Source: Chrysiogenia bacterium
GTDB taxonomy: Bacteria > Acidobacteriota > Aminicenantia > UBA2199
Length of the DNA stretch: 64,000 nt
Direction of reading: 5' to 3'
Assembly (NCBI GenBank): GCA_043826505.1
Contig: JBDRQC010000004.1
Span: 524,974-588,973 of the forward strand
Shown here: piece by piece, positions 49,542 to 61,308 of the stretch
Numbering within the stretch: position 1 is the stretch's first letter
Layout: each line of letters starts with the position of its first letter
The notes under the pieces: generated by a model
Databases searched by the model: none
What the model was told of the DNA's origin: nothing
What the model saw: the letters and a program-made list of their open reading frames with translations, nothing else
Position numbers and translations under genes: made by a program

Positions 49542-50180
49542 TTAGAAAATTCCCAGCAGCAGGCCCAGGGACAGGTTCAGGCCGCCGAGATCCGGGCCGG
49601 GATCCAGGCCGTCACCGGCGGCCGGAACCGCGGAATACTCAAGCTGGGCCAGAACATGCCAGCGGCGGCCCAGGCGGCAGCGGCCGCCCGCCTGAACAAA
49701 AAAGCCCGTTGCCGTGCCTGTTGTCTCCAGAGCCACATCCAGCCATTGTTCCTTGTAAAAATTGGCATTGATGCCGGCACCCAGGAACGGGCTGAAACGC
49801 GAGGTCCACAGCCAATAATTCAGGCCCAGGCGCACGGTCGCCAGGCGCCAGCGCAGAGCATAGGTTTCTTCGGGGCGCTGCGCCGCGAGCAGTACCGTGT
49901 TCCCGGAAGTTTCCTGGTAGCGGCCGGCGGCAAAAAGCGAAATTTTGCGGCTCGGATTCCAGCCCAGCTGCAGCTCGAGCGGAAAAATCGGCCCGGCATA
50001 TATTTTCCGGAAGCTGTCCTGTCCGGGATAAAAATAGCCGATCGTCGCGCCGATGAAAAAGCGCTGGGGCGGAACCAGGCCCGCCCCGGCATATGCCGCA
50101 GCGGAAAATAGCGGCAGCAGCAGAAATCCGGTCGCTAAAAATGCGGCGAACGCAGTTGATTTTTTAACGGTTGTTTTCAT
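49542..50180 (-). CDS. outer-membrane beta-barrel protein (OmpA/OmpW-like porin fold)
   Basis: Signal peptide; alternating amphipathic strands; C-terminal ...LNLSLGLLLGIF. Confidence 0.55.
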   Translation of the reverse strand: MKTTVKKSTAFAAFLATGFLLLPLFSAAAYAGAGLVPPQRFFIGATIGYFYPGQDSFRKIYAGPIFPLELQLGWNPSRKISLFAAGRYQETSGNTVLLAAQRPEETYALRWRLATVRLGLNYWLWTSRFSPFLGAGINANFYKEQWLDVALETTGTATGFFVQAGGRCRLGRRWHVLAQLEYSAVPAAGDGLDPGPDLGGLNLSLGLLLGIF

Positions 50181-51801
50181 CGTCCCTGACCTCCGCGGAA
50201 TAGTTGCTTTCCCGGCCTTGTTCGTCCACGGCGGTCAGCACATAATAATAATTCTGCCCGGGCAGCAGCAGGGAATCCCGGAATGCCGTGGTCGCTATTG
50301 GTTGTTCGCTCAGGCGCAGGTAAGGGCCGTGGGACTTGTCGGAACGGAAAACATGATAACCGGTTACCGGCTCCCGGTTGGCCTGCCACTCCAGGTAAAC
50401 TGTTTTCAGGCTGGAAAAAAGCGAGGCGGAAACCTGGCTGCGCGCCTGCAGTCCTGTGGGTGCCGCCGGCGTGCTGATGGGCTGGGCCAAAGCCGCGACC
50501 ACCGCCAGGGAAGCTTGCACCGCTTCGGCGGCAAATTCCAGATCCAGCGTGTCCAGAATATCGCTGCTGCGGTGGTAATAAGGGTTGACGCTGTTCTCGA
50601 TGCCGCACAAAGCGGCGTAGCCCCTGTCCCAAAAAGAAGAATGGTCGCTCCAGCTCAGGGAGGAATTGATGACCTTGGCCAGACGCAGCTCCACCAGCGG
50701 CTGGGCAACCGCGATGAACAGATCTGCCAGCCATTCCGATTGCCGGTTGCCGATCACATCCAGGACCCGCTGTCGGTCACCGGGATAGGCGATCATGTCC
50801 AGGTTGACCACGGCGATGATCTTATCGCCGTTGCGCAGGGCCCGGTCGGCATAATGAGCGCTGCCGTACAAGCCCCACTCTTCGGCTGAAACACAGAGCA
50901 GGCCGATGGAAAAATTGAAACGCTCCTTGGCCAATATGCGGGCTATTTCCAGGACGGCAGCCGTGCCGCTGGCATTGTCATCGGCCCCCGGTGCCGAGAT
51001 CAACGGGTTGTTGCTGGTGGAATCATAATGGGCGCAGGCCAGGACCATCCACTCCGGCGCCACCTGTCCGGGAATTACGGCCAGGATATTTTTGCTTTGA
51101 TAACGGGATTCAAAAGTAAAGGGGTCGCTGGCGGCCGTCAGGCCGATCTGCCGGAAGCGTCCGAGAATGAAATCTCCGGCAGCCTCACACTGGGGAGTGG
51201 AGGCGAAACGGGTCTTGAAATTCTGCAAGGCCAGGATGTCGGCCCGCAAGCGTTCAACCGCGACCTGCGCCGCCAGGTCGGCAAGCAGTGGTCCGGCCTG
51301 GAGCGCCGCCTGGCAGCTTTCCTTATCAGGCACGGCCGCGAACGCGGCTGGGGCGGGCGCTGGCAAAAGGCTGAGCGCTTTCAGGCGGAAGGGCTGCACC
51401 AGGTTTTTGCGAAAATCGGCCGCAGTGGTCCAACACAACCAGATGTGTTCCTCCAGGAGCCGGCACTGAATGGCGCCTTTTCGGGAAAACAGCGGCGAAT
51501 CGTGCTCAGAATAAAGGAGATAAAAAGAAACGTCATCGCCCGGGTAAGCCATGACGTCAAAAGCGACTCCCTGGGCCCGCAGCCGGGGCAAAGCCGGCAG
51601 CGGCGCGTATACCAGCAGGCAGGAATTCAATTCCTGTACCAGCACCGCGCCGGCGGCGGCAATGGACCGCGAAAGCGCCGGGCCGGGGTCGTCTATCTTC
51701 AGCAGTGCCGCCGGTTCCGCTGCCGCGGCCGCAGACGGCGAAAAGACGGTCGAGATAAGAATGACCAAAAAATAAAAAACAATTCGTTTCCGCAAAGGCA
51801 T
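50164..51801 (-). CDS. M28 family zinc peptidase with C-terminal fibronectin type III domain
   Basis: HYDSTS...APGADDNASG...EEWGLYGS...NLDMIAYPGD (M28 metal ligands); C-term FN3-like; signal peptide at MPLRKRIVFYFLVILIS (ATG 51801). Confidence 0.8.
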   Translation of the reverse strand: MPLRKRIVFYFLVILISTVFSPSAAAAAEPAALLKIDDPGPALSRSIAAAGAVLVQELNSCLLVYAPLPALPRLRAQGVAFDVMAYPGDDVSFYLLYSEHDSPLFSRKGAIQCRLLEEHIWLCWTTAADFRKNLVQPFRLKALSLLPAPAPAAFAAVPDKESCQAALQAGPLLADLAAQVAVERLRADILALQNFKTRFASTPQCEAAGDFILGRFRQIGLTAASDPFTFESRYQSKNILAVIPGQVAPEWMVLACAHYDSTSNNPLISAPGADDNASGTAAVLEIARILAKERFNFSIGLLCVSAEEWGLYGSAHYADRALRNGDKIIAVVNLDMIAYPGDRQRVLDVIGNRQSEWLADLFIAVAQPLVELRLAKVINSSLSWSDHSSFWDRGYAALCGIENSVNPYYHRSSDILDTLDLEFAAEAVQASLAVVAALAQPISTPAAPTGLQARSQVSASLFSSLKTVYLEWQANREPVTGYHVFRSDKSHGPYLRLSEQPIATTAFRDSLLLPGQNYYYVLTAVDEQGRESNYSAEVRDDENNR

Positions 51802-51835
51802 GTTTCTCTCCTGGCAATGAGCGGGCAAAGCGAAA

Positions 51836-52417
51836 CTAGGAGTTGATCTCCTTGAAAATCTCTTCCCAATTGTCCGATTTCTTCAGTTCGGCAAAAATGG
51901 TCTGCCACTGTTCCTGAACGTCAAGGATGAAATCGATCACCTCGCGCACGGCGCCGCGGCCGCCGTAGCGCTTGGCAATATAGTGTGAGACACGCTTGAT
52001 CAGTGGATGGGCATCGCCAACCGCGGCGGCGAAGCCGACCATGCCCATGACCTCGGCATCGCCGATGTCATCGCCGATATATGCCACTTCCTCTTTTTCA
52101 AAGCCGTATTTTTTAAGCAATCCGAAAAAAGGGATCGTCTTGTTGTACACGCCTTCGAAGTAATCGTCGACCTGCAGTTCCTCAGCCCTTATTTTAACCT
52201 GCTTTGAGGTTTTGCCGGTGATGATGGCCGTCTTCAAACCAGCCAGGCGGGCAAATATGACGCCGGTGCCGTCCTTGACATCAAAAGATTTAATCGATTG
52301 GCCGTTGGGCATCATGAAAAATCTGCCGTCCGACAGGGTTCCGTCCACATCCATAATGATCAGTTTTACTTTCTTGGCCAATTCTTTCTGGTCCATCATA
52401 TCATCTCCGTTCTCCAT
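51836..52417 (-). CDS. kdsC: 3-deoxy-D-manno-octulosonate 8-phosphate phosphatase (HAD family)
   Basis: IIMDVDGTLSDG (HAD motif I), GKTS, IGDDIGD motif IV; start may be the internal MMDQ, overlapping kdsD stop in a TGATG arrangement. Confidence 0.85.
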   Translation of the reverse strand: MENGDDMMDQKELAKKVKLIIMDVDGTLSDGRFFMMPNGQSIKSFDVKDGTGVIFARLAGLKTAIITGKTSKQVKIRAEELQVDDYFEGVYNKTIPFFGLLKKYGFEKEEVAYIGDDIGDAEVMGMVGFAAAVGDAHPLIKRVSHYIAKRYGGRGAVREVIDFILDVQEQWQTIFAELKKSDNWEEIFKEINS

Positions 52418-53355
52418 AGATCGTGCAGGTGCAAAAGTCCGCTCAATCGGTTATCGCCGTTCATGACGACAAGCGAGGTTACCGCCCGTTCTTCCATGAT
52501 CTTCAGGGCCTCGACCGCAAGTTTGTCTTCACTGATACAAAGCGGGTTGGCGGTCATGCACTCCTCGGCCCGGGTCTTGGCAAAATTGATGCCTTTCAGG
52601 AAAAAGCGGCGCAGGTCACCGTCGGTAATAATGCCGGCGACTTGATCGTTTTCCCGGACCACGATGGCCACGCCGAATTTTTTTTCATTGATGGTGCGAA
52701 TCACGTTTTCCATTGACGCCGAGAGGTCGGCAAGCGGCAGCTGTTCGCCCCGGTGCATCAGGTGCCTGACCTTGAGCAGTTTTTTGCCTATCTGCCCGCC
52801 CGGGTGGAAAAAGCGGAAATCATCCTCGCTGAAACCGCGCTTTTCCATCAGGGCAATGGACAAGGCGTCGCCCATGGCCAGGGTCAGGGTCGAGGATGCC
52901 GAAGGTACCAGCCCTATAGGGCAGGCCTCCTTTTCGACGCCGCAGTCGATGAATACGTCGCTTTGCCGGGCCAGGGTCGATTCGGAGTTGCCGACCAGGG
53001 AGATAAGCTTGATGCCCAGGCGCTTGATATAATTGAGCATGCGGATGACTTCATCGGTTTCCCCGGAAGTGGAAAGGGCGATCACCGTGTCTTCGGGATG
53101 GATGATGCCGATATCGCCGTGGATGGCTTCGGCCGGATGCAGGAAAATGGCCGGACTGCCGATTGAGGTCATGGTGGCCGCTATTTTGCGGCCGATCAGG
53201 CCCGATTTGCCCATGCCGGTGACCACGATCTGGCCGCGGCATTGGAAAATGAGCTCAACGGCGTCTGCGAATTGATGATTGATTTTGCCCAGGGCTTTTA
53301 AAATGGCGTTGGCTTCGGTCTGGAGAACTTTCTTTCCGGTTTCAATACTGCCCAT
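52396..53355 (-). CDS. kdsD: arabinose-5-phosphate isomerase (SIS + tandem CBS)
   Basis: SIS domain GRKIAATMTSIGSPAIFLHP...ALSTSGET; two CBS domains at C-term. Confidence 0.85.
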   Translation of the reverse strand: MGSIETGKKVLQTEANAILKALGKINHQFADAVELIFQCRGQIVVTGMGKSGLIGRKIAATMTSIGSPAIFLHPAEAIHGDIGIIHPEDTVIALSTSGETDEVIRMLNYIKRLGIKLISLVGNSESTLARQSDVFIDCGVEKEACPIGLVPSASSTLTLAMGDALSIALMEKRGFSEDDFRFFHPGGQIGKKLLKVRHLMHRGEQLPLADLSASMENVIRTINEKKFGVAIVVRENDQVAGIITDGDLRRFFLKGINFAKTRAEECMTANPLCISEDKLAVEALKIMEERAVTSLVVMNGDNRLSGLLHLHDLWRTEMI

Positions 53356-54167
53356 TAAGCTACATTATACAACTTCTGCAGGCGGATTAAAAGGGGACGG
53401 AGGTCATTTAAAGGCAAAGAATTTTTTCCGTCCGAAAGGGCCTTTTCGGGATGGGGATGGATCTCCAAAAAAATACCGTTGGCGCCGGCCGCAATGCCGG
53501 CGGCAGCCATGAGCGGAATGAACTGCGGATCACCTCCCGACACATCGCCGGCGGCGCTGGGACGCTGTACCGAATGGGTGGCGTCCATGACCACCGGGCA
53601 GCCGCTCTCCTTCATCAACGGGATGGAACGGAAATCCACCACCAGGTTGTTGTAACCGAAAAAAGTGCCTCGTTCGGTCAGCATGACGCTCCGGCTGCCG
53701 GCCCCGGTGACTTTATTCACGGCCAAGATAATGTCGGCCGGCCCCATCATCTGGCTTTTCTTGATGTTCAGGGGCAGGCCGGTACCGGCCGCAGCCAGAA
53801 GCAGATCGGTCTGGCGGCTCAGGAAAGCCGGGATCTGGATGACGGAAAGGACCTTGGCTGCCGCTGCGGCCTGCCAGGGCTCATGGATATCGGCAAGGAC
53901 CGGGATGCGCAGGTCTTGTTTGATGGCGGCCAGGATGGGCAGGCCCTTTTCCAGGCCCGGGCCGCGGGCCGAACTGATGGCCGAACGGTTGGCCTTGTCG
54001 AAAGAGGCCTTGAAAATAAAAGGAATGCCGAGTTCGCCGGTGATTTTTTTGGCCTCAGTGGCAATTTCGCGGGTCAGGCCCGGATCCTCGATGACGCAGG
54101 GACCGGCGATAAGGAAAAAACTTTTCTCGCTGATCTCCAGATCGTCAACCTTGAAGAAACTCTTCAT
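53355..54167 (-). CDS. kdsA: 2-dehydro-3-deoxyphosphooctonate aldolase (KDO8P synthase)
   Basis: FFLIAGPCVIE...FKASFDKANRS...VLADIHE...DATHSVQ conserved KdsA motifs. Confidence 0.9.
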   Translation of the reverse strand: MKSFFKVDDLEISEKSFFLIAGPCVIEDPGLTREIATEAKKITGELGIPFIFKASFDKANRSAISSARGPGLEKGLPILAAIKQDLRIPVLADIHEPWQAAAAAKVLSVIQIPAFLSRQTDLLLAAAGTGLPLNIKKSQMMGPADIILAVNKVTGAGSRSVMLTERGTFFGYNNLVVDFRSIPLMKESGCPVVMDATHSVQRPSAAGDVSGGDPQFIPLMAAAGIAAGANGIFLEIHPHPEKALSDGKNSLPLNDLRPLLIRLQKLYNVA

Positions 54168-54284
54168 GAGCAGATTTTACCAGTATTTCCCGAAAAGGGC
54201 AAATTAGAAGACGGTGTAAGGTTTAAGGTAGACGGTGAAAAAAAGCCAAATGTAGGGGCGGTTCGAGAACCGCCCATCTGAATT

Positions 54285-55928
<1,644 letters not shown>

Positions 55929-56058
55929 AGACGTAAACCTCTTTGAAAAATAAAAAAAATCTGTTTATTTAATAGTTTCGCAATCGTCCGGGCGGATTAT
56001 CCCCTTCAGGCTGCGGATGCAATCTTCATCGACCGTTCCCAAAGAAATAAAGTTACTT

Positions 56059-56328
56059 TTAAACCTTGGATTTTTTGGAGATAGTGTCTTTGGCGCCGTC
56101 AATGAAAGTTTTGGCCCTACCACTGAACTTTTCGACTCCTTCCCTGACCTCGCCGCTGAGCTTTTCAGAAAAGTCCTTGACCTCATTGCCGAGCTTACCG
56201 GAAAAATCCTTGATCTGTTCGCGGGTCTTTTCCCCGGATTGGGGGGCGAACAGCAGGGCCAGGCCGGCACCGATCACGGTCCCGGTCAAAAAACTGAAAA
56301 ACATCTTGCTGCCGGTATTTTCACTCAT
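56059..56328 (-). CDS. YtxH-like small protein
   Basis: N-terminal TM then repeated KDFSGKLGNEVKDFSEKLSGEV motif typical of the YtxH/DUF948 partner. Confidence 0.5.
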   Translation of the reverse strand: MSENTGSKMFFSFLTGTVIGAGLALLFAPQSGEKTREQIKDFSGKLGNEVKDFSEKLSGEVREGVEKFSGRAKTFIDGAKDTISKKSKV

Positions 56329-56697
56329 TTATTTACCTCCTCTAATTCTCTTTACCAGATTCCATCCTATTTTAACGGCCGGCAGGAAGGCCAGCCAACC
56401 GGCCGAGCGCCGCAGCAGGTTGTGGTTGATAAAGTGCAGGGCGGCACCGGCGCTTTCTACCGTGCGCTTGGATTGCGAGATAACCATATCGACTTTCTCC
56501 AGACGCTCCTCGGCAATAGCGCCGAGCCTTTTGGCTTCCCGGGCCAGGTCGCGCACTTCCAGAGAGGTTTTTTCCAGGTCCAGCAGCAGCGATCTGAGTT
56601 GCTGAATGGCCGGGACCAGGGTGATGACCAGCAGTAAAAAACCCAGCGAAAAAACCAGTGCGACCACAAAAACTATAATTAAAACCGGAGTGCTCAT
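56329..56697 (-). CDS. DUF948-like membrane protein
   Basis: N-terminal TM helix then coiled-coil; directly abuts the YtxH-like ORF. Confidence 0.45.
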   Translation of the reverse strand: MSTPVLIIVFVVALVFSLGFLLLVITLVPAIQQLRSLLLDLEKTSLEVRDLAREAKRLGAIAEERLEKVDMVISQSKRTVESAGAALHFINHNLLRRSAGWLAFLPAVKIGWNLVKRIRGGK

Positions 56698-56747
56698 TTT
56701 ACTCTCTTATTATCTATTATATGCAAATACGGTTTATTGTCAACAAT

Positions 56748-57617
56748 TCAAAAAAGTTTTTTCAGTTGCGCAAGCAACTTTTTCGCAGCAGCCATGTTTT
56801 TTGCGGTCAGGGTGATCTGTATTTCCTCTGTGGCGAACAGCGGCGCGTGGGTCAAGACAACGTTTTTCGGAGCCATTTTTTTTTGCCAGAGATTCCAATC
56901 ATTTTCCATTCGTTTACAGGCCGGATAACGCGCGGCCTGCAATGCCTCAATGATTTTTTTTTGCGGCATTTCCTGCTGCAGCAGCGCCGTCAAGCCGCTG
57001 GCAGCGACGATCACGGTCCAGGATTTTTTTTCACGAAAAGCGGTTTCTTCCAACAGCTGGATAAGTTGTGCTTGCTGGCTTTCGGAAAACCTGCATGCCC
57101 GCAGCAGGACGATCATTGCCAAGCGGTCTTCTTCTGGCATGTCCGCCAGCTTCAGCGCCGCCTTCAAGCCCAGGCGACCCGTAGCCAGGCAAAATCGGAA
57201 AGATTCCGTGAGCAGCATATCCAGGTTCTCAAGCAGGTGAGCACTTAAGGCGAAATTCAATTCAGCCCGGCGCCGGATATCCTCAATTGGACACAGAGGA
57301 GTGATTTTTTTTATGAACAGCAGCTTTTCATAAAGATTCAGCCCGAACAGGCAGTGCAAAATATTGTAATTCAACAGCAATGCCTCCGGAATCGACAGGT
57401 CCAGCTGCAGGGCCGGGGCCCGGGTTTTACCCCGCTGACGGAGCAGCAGGCGGTAATCGTGGCCGCTGACGATCCGCCGGGCCCTGTCGACAACCAGCAG
57501 GGGCAGGCCGGGAAATTTATCCTGCAGACCGGCGTAGCGTTCGGGAAGATGGGGATATGAAAAAGCATAGACATCATCGGGGCTGATGTCCGACAGTCGC
57601 AATTCGATTTCACGCAT
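56748..57617 (-). CDS. hypothetical protein (possible ParB/Srx-fold N-terminus)
   Basis: 289 aa; N-term LPLLVVDRARRIVSGHDYRLLL weakly resembles ParB GERRxRA region. Confidence 0.4.
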   Translation of the reverse strand: MREIELRLSDISPDDVYAFSYPHLPERYAGLQDKFPGLPLLVVDRARRIVSGHDYRLLLRQRGKTRAPALQLDLSIPEALLLNYNILHCLFGLNLYEKLLFIKKITPLCPIEDIRRRAELNFALSAHLLENLDMLLTESFRFCLATGRLGLKAALKLADMPEEDRLAMIVLLRACRFSESQQAQLIQLLEETAFREKKSWTVIVAASGLTALLQQEMPQKKIIEALQAARYPACKRMENDWNLWQKKMAPKNVVLTHAPLFATEEIQITLTAKNMAAAKKLLAQLKKLF

Positions 57618-57746
57618 GCTTTCGCCTCACAGCCACTATAAAATCTCAGGAGCTTTTAATACGAATATTGTAGCGCAGCCAGGCCAAGTTGGCAAAACAA
57701 CGGGCCGGGGTTTTGCTATGCCGGGGAATTGTTATAAAATGAAACC

Positions 57747-58862
57747 ATGGAAAAAAACGGCTCACCCCCAAAACCGGCGGATCTGTTCGTTTTCGATGCC
57801 CACTGCGACACGGCCAGCGTTCTTTTTGACCAGCTTTGGGCTTTCAGCAGGAATCCTGGCCACCTTGATCTTCAGAAAATCAGAAAGGGCGGCCTCAAGG
57901 CCCAGATTTTCGCCATCTGGGTCGACCCGCTGCTGGCGCCGTACAGGGCCATGAAAAGGGCTTTGCAGCTTCTGCAGACCATGGAACAGAAAGTATTTCA
58001 ACGCAACCATGCGGCCAAGGTCACATCGTTGTCTGAAATGGCGGCAGCGCTGCGCCAAAAAAAACTCGCAGCCTGGCTGTTTCTCGAAGGGGGACATATC
58101 ATTGAGAACTCCCCGGAGATCCTCCATATCTTTCATTCTCTGGGCGTGCGCGGCATGACCCTGACCCATTCCAAAAACACCGACTGGGCAGATTCGACCA
58201 CCGACACGCCCCGGGCCAACGGTTTGACCGCTCTGGGACGGCAGATTGTCCGCCAGATGGCGCAATTGGGCATGGCCATCGATGTGTCACACGCTTCGGA
58301 TCAAACCATCGCCCAGGTTCTGAAAACCACGTCGGTCCCGATCATGGCCTCCCATTCCAACGCCAGAAAACTGTGCCCAATTCCGCGCAATTTACCGGAT
58401 AAATTCATTCGTGAGATCAACGCTCGCAAAGGTTTCATCGGGGCCAACTTTTTCCCGGCATTCATCAAGCGCAGCGTCTTCGACCAGATCGAAGAAAATT
58501 TCAAAAAATTCTCAAAGGAAATCCAGGAGCGAACCGCCGGGCGGTTGGACGATCCCGACTTTTTAAGCCAGGTGGAATGGGAATATTACCTGCGGGCTGC
58601 GGCCGGCAACGATGCGGTCGAAATTGACCAGTTGATCGACCATATAATCCACATCGCCTCGATTGGGAGCATCGACTGCGTGGGACTGGGCAGCGACTTT
58701 GACGGCATTCCATCCACGCCAGCCCTGCTTGCCGATGCCGCCGCTTATCCGGTTTTGGTCGCGGCCCTGCAAAAAAGAGGATTTAAGGAACGCGAAATCC
58801 GCAAGATCTGCGGACTGAACCTGAAGAATTTCCTGCAGCGCATAGAAAAGAAAGGCAAGTGA
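57747..58862 (+). CDS. membrane dipeptidase (peptidase family M19)
   Basis: FDAHCDT...; HASDQT...MASHSNARKLCP...GSDFDG conserved M19 metal-binding motifs. Confidence 0.85.
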   Translation: MEKNGSPPKPADLFVFDAHCDTASVLFDQLWAFSRNPGHLDLQKIRKGGLKAQIFAIWVDPLLAPYRAMKRALQLLQTMEQKVFQRNHAAKVTSLSEMAAALRQKKLAAWLFLEGGHIIENSPEILHIFHSLGVRGMTLTHSKNTDWADSTTDTPRANGLTALGRQIVRQMAQLGMAIDVSHASDQTIAQVLKTTSVPIMASHSNARKLCPIPRNLPDKFIREINARKGFIGANFFPAFIKRSVFDQIEENFKKFSKEIQERTAGRLDDPDFLSQVEWEYYLRAAAGNDAVEIDQLIDHIIHIASIGSIDCVGLGSDFDGIPSTPALLADAAAYPVLVAALQKRGFKEREIRKICGLNLKNFLQRIEKKGK

Positions 58863-59764
58863 GGATGAAAACCGGGATCGCGCTTGGCGGCGGCGGCGCC
58901 AAGGGCCTGGCCCATATCGGAGTGCTCAAGGTTTTGCAGGAGCACGGCATCGTTCCCGACATGATCTCGGGGACCAGCATCGGCGCGCTGATAGGTGCCC
59001 TTTATGTTTTGCTTGGCGATATTCATGCCGTCGAGGAATTTGCACTGGGCTTTGAAAATTCCAACCTCTATCCCTACCTGGCGCCGCGCCCATCCAGTTC
59101 GGGGCTGATCTCTGAAAAACGGATCCGGGGATTTTTGCACGGGCTTTTCGGCAACAGGCGCATCCAGGACCTGGAGCGGCCGTTTTATTGTCCCGCCTGC
59201 GACATTCGCCGCGGCCGCGAGGTAATGTTCAATCGCGGCAGCCTGCAGCAAGCCGTGCGGGCATCCATTTCCGTCCCGGTTATCTTCAAGCCGGTCCGCC
59301 GGGGGAGGAGCTATCTGGTCGACGGCGGCCTGATCAACCCGGTGCCGGTCGATGTATTGAAGAATAACGGCAGCGACTTCACCATTGCCGTCAACGTCAT
59401 TACCGCGCGCCCTTTGCGGCCGCGGCGCCGGAAAAAAATCAACGCCAAAGAAAAGCTGCTGCTGGCCCGTCTTGATGATTTTTTAAGCCGTAAACTGCTT
59501 GCGGGCCACGTAGACGAGGAACCCAACGTGATCGAAACGTTCCTGGCCACCATGGAGATAATGCAGGAAAAACTGATCGCCGCCCGGCTGGGCAACGATA
59601 TTCCGGATTCCATAATCCATGTTGAAACTTCCGACATAAAAATGTTTGAGTTCTATCGCCCGGCCGAGATCATCCGCCGCGGCGAGCAAGCCGCGCGCCG
59701 GGTTATGGAAACTGTTCTGAAAAACCAGAGCCGCTGCCAAGCGGCACAGAGAAAAGGCGGCTAA
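58859..59764 (+). CDS. patatin-like phospholipase
   Basis: GIALGGGGAKGLAHIGVL...ISGTSIGALIGAL (GxSxG)...DGGLINPVPVD (catalytic Asp); overlaps upstream stop by 4 nt. Confidence 0.85.
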   Translation: MRMKTGIALGGGGAKGLAHIGVLKVLQEHGIVPDMISGTSIGALIGALYVLLGDIHAVEEFALGFENSNLYPYLAPRPSSSGLISEKRIRGFLHGLFGNRRIQDLERPFYCPACDIRRGREVMFNRGSLQQAVRASISVPVIFKPVRRGRSYLVDGGLINPVPVDVLKNNGSDFTIAVNVITARPLRPRRRKKINAKEKLLLARLDDFLSRKLLAGHVDEEPNVIETFLATMEIMQEKLIAARLGNDIPDSIIHVETSDIKMFEFYRPAEIIRRGEQAARRVMETVLKNQSRCQAAQRKGG

Positions 59765-59766
59765 AA

Positions 59767-60198
59767 ATGGATGCTTGCGCCTGTGAAAGGTGCATCAGCG
59801 CCTGTCGCCGAGATCCTGGCCGGCTTATTCCTGTCGATATGAAAAAAATTGCCGCTTTTCTGAACCTCTGTGAAAAGGAACTGCTGGCCGGTTACCTGGT
59901 GCGTATCGCAGCCAGCGCTAAAAACAGCCAACTCCATGTCCCGGCCCCGGCCAAGCTCAAGGCCGGACGCTATCTGGCTGCTCCCGGCTCAGTGGTTCCC
60001 AAATATTATACCGCTGAAAAAGGGCGCTGCGTTTTTTTGACTGCCGAAAACCAATGCTCCATCCATGCGGTAAAGCCCTTTGAGTGCGCCGCCTACATGG
60101 GATGCCGCCACACCTTCCTGGGCCGTCCTTACAAGGAAAAGGACGTGGAAGCCTTCTTCGTTTCGCGCTGGCGGAAATTTCAGGACCTGCTGCGCTAA
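59767..60198 (+). CDS. YkgJ-family Cys-cluster (zinc/iron-chelating) protein
   Basis: CACERCISACRRDPG N-terminal CxxCxxC(C) cluster and downstream CVFLTAENQCSIH...CAAY. Confidence 0.6.
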   Translation: MDACACERCISACRRDPGRLIPVDMKKIAAFLNLCEKELLAGYLVRIAASAKNSQLHVPAPAKLKAGRYLAAPGSVVPKYYTAEKGRCVFLTAENQCSIHAVKPFECAAYMGCRHTFLGRPYKEKDVEAFFVSRWRKFQDLLR

Positions 60199-60436
60199 AG
60201 ATAATTGCTAGCCATAGTGACGAGTGACTAGGGAAGAGAGAAGACTAAAATTCCAAATAAATTCCAAGTTCCAAATTCCAATGTTCTAAACGAAATCCTT
60301 TTCAAGGACCTTTTCTTCGTTTGGGTCATTTGGTTATTGGAATTTGGTGCTTATTTAGGATTTGGTGCTTGTGATTTGAAGTTTAATTTCTTACTCTTCA
60401 CGCATTACGCATCACGATAATTCGCTTGTGTCTGAA

Positions 60437-60640
60437 TCAGCCTCCTGAAATCAAGTGGATGGCTTCGACGTTATCGCCATCACCGATGAACACCCTTTCG
60501 TAATCCTCTTTTTTGACCAGGCGGCCGTTGATCTTGACCACGATCATCGGAAAAGTGAAATGCATCAGGTTCAGCAATTCTCGAACGCTGAACGATTCGC
60601 CGGCCATGCTGACCTCTTTATTGTTCAGATTGATTTTCAT
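60437..60640 (-). CDS. thiS: ThiS/MoaD-family sulfur carrier protein (C-terminal GG)
   Basis: MKINLNNKEV...IVVKINGRLV...HLISGG; ORF extends to 60658. Confidence 0.7.
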   Translation of the reverse strand: MKINLNNKEVSMAGESFSVRELLNLMHFTFPMIVVKINGRLVKKEDYERVFIGDGDNVEAIHLISGG

Positions 60641-60654
60641 GGATTTCCCCTTGT

Positions 60655-61266
60655 TCATTCATCCCAGACATCATCGCCAAGGCTTGGCTCCAGATCGTCC
60701 ATGATGATCTCCAGAGCCTGGTTGGCCTGCAGGGCAGCCACCACGCCAACGCGCGGCGCCAGGGGCGGCAATGTTTCGGAAACCTCGCTGCTCTCGTCGC
60801 CGCAGATGAACAGGTTGCCCAGGCGCCGGGTGCGCAGGGCATTGTTCTCCCCGTACCCGGCCAGCCCTGAACCGGCGATGATGAATTTATCAGGAAAACG
60901 TTCAGTGATGGTTTCAATGATCATCAATTTCATGTCGGCCCGGTCGAAGGCTTCGATGATCAACCGGCAATTTTTAAATATATTCACCACCTGATCTGGC
61001 TCCAGGCGCACGTCATGGATCTGTACATCTATTTCGGGATTTACCTTCCTGATATTTTCCTGCAAAGCCACAACCTTCTTCTGTCCCACCTGGTCCAGGA
61101 AATAGTATTGCCGATTTAGGTTTTCCAAAGTGACGGTATCGAAATCGGCGATGACCAGTGTGCCGATCCCGGCCCGGGCCAAGGCCATGGCGCAGTTGGA
61201 GCCAAGCCCGCCGCAGCCGGCGATGCCGATACAGGTACCCTTAAGTTTTTCAAGTTTTGATTTCAT
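60655..61266 (-). CDS. thiF: ThiF/MoeB-family E1-like adenylyltransferase
   Basis: GIAGCGGLGSNCAMALARAGIGTLVIADFDTVTLENLNRQ nucleotide-binding motif; short (203 aa) ThiF type. Confidence 0.75.
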   Translation of the reverse strand: MKSKLEKLKGTCIGIAGCGGLGSNCAMALARAGIGTLVIADFDTVTLENLNRQYYFLDQVGQKKVVALQENIRKVNPEIDVQIHDVRLEPDQVVNIFKNCRLIIEAFDRADMKLMIIETITERFPDKFIIAGSGLAGYGENNALRTRRLGNLFICGDESSEVSETLPPLAPRVGVVAALQANQALEIIMDDLEPSLGDDVWDE

Positions 61267-61308
61267 GATCCCCCAGAGAATATATTATATTCCTTTATAA
61301 GGAAAAAA

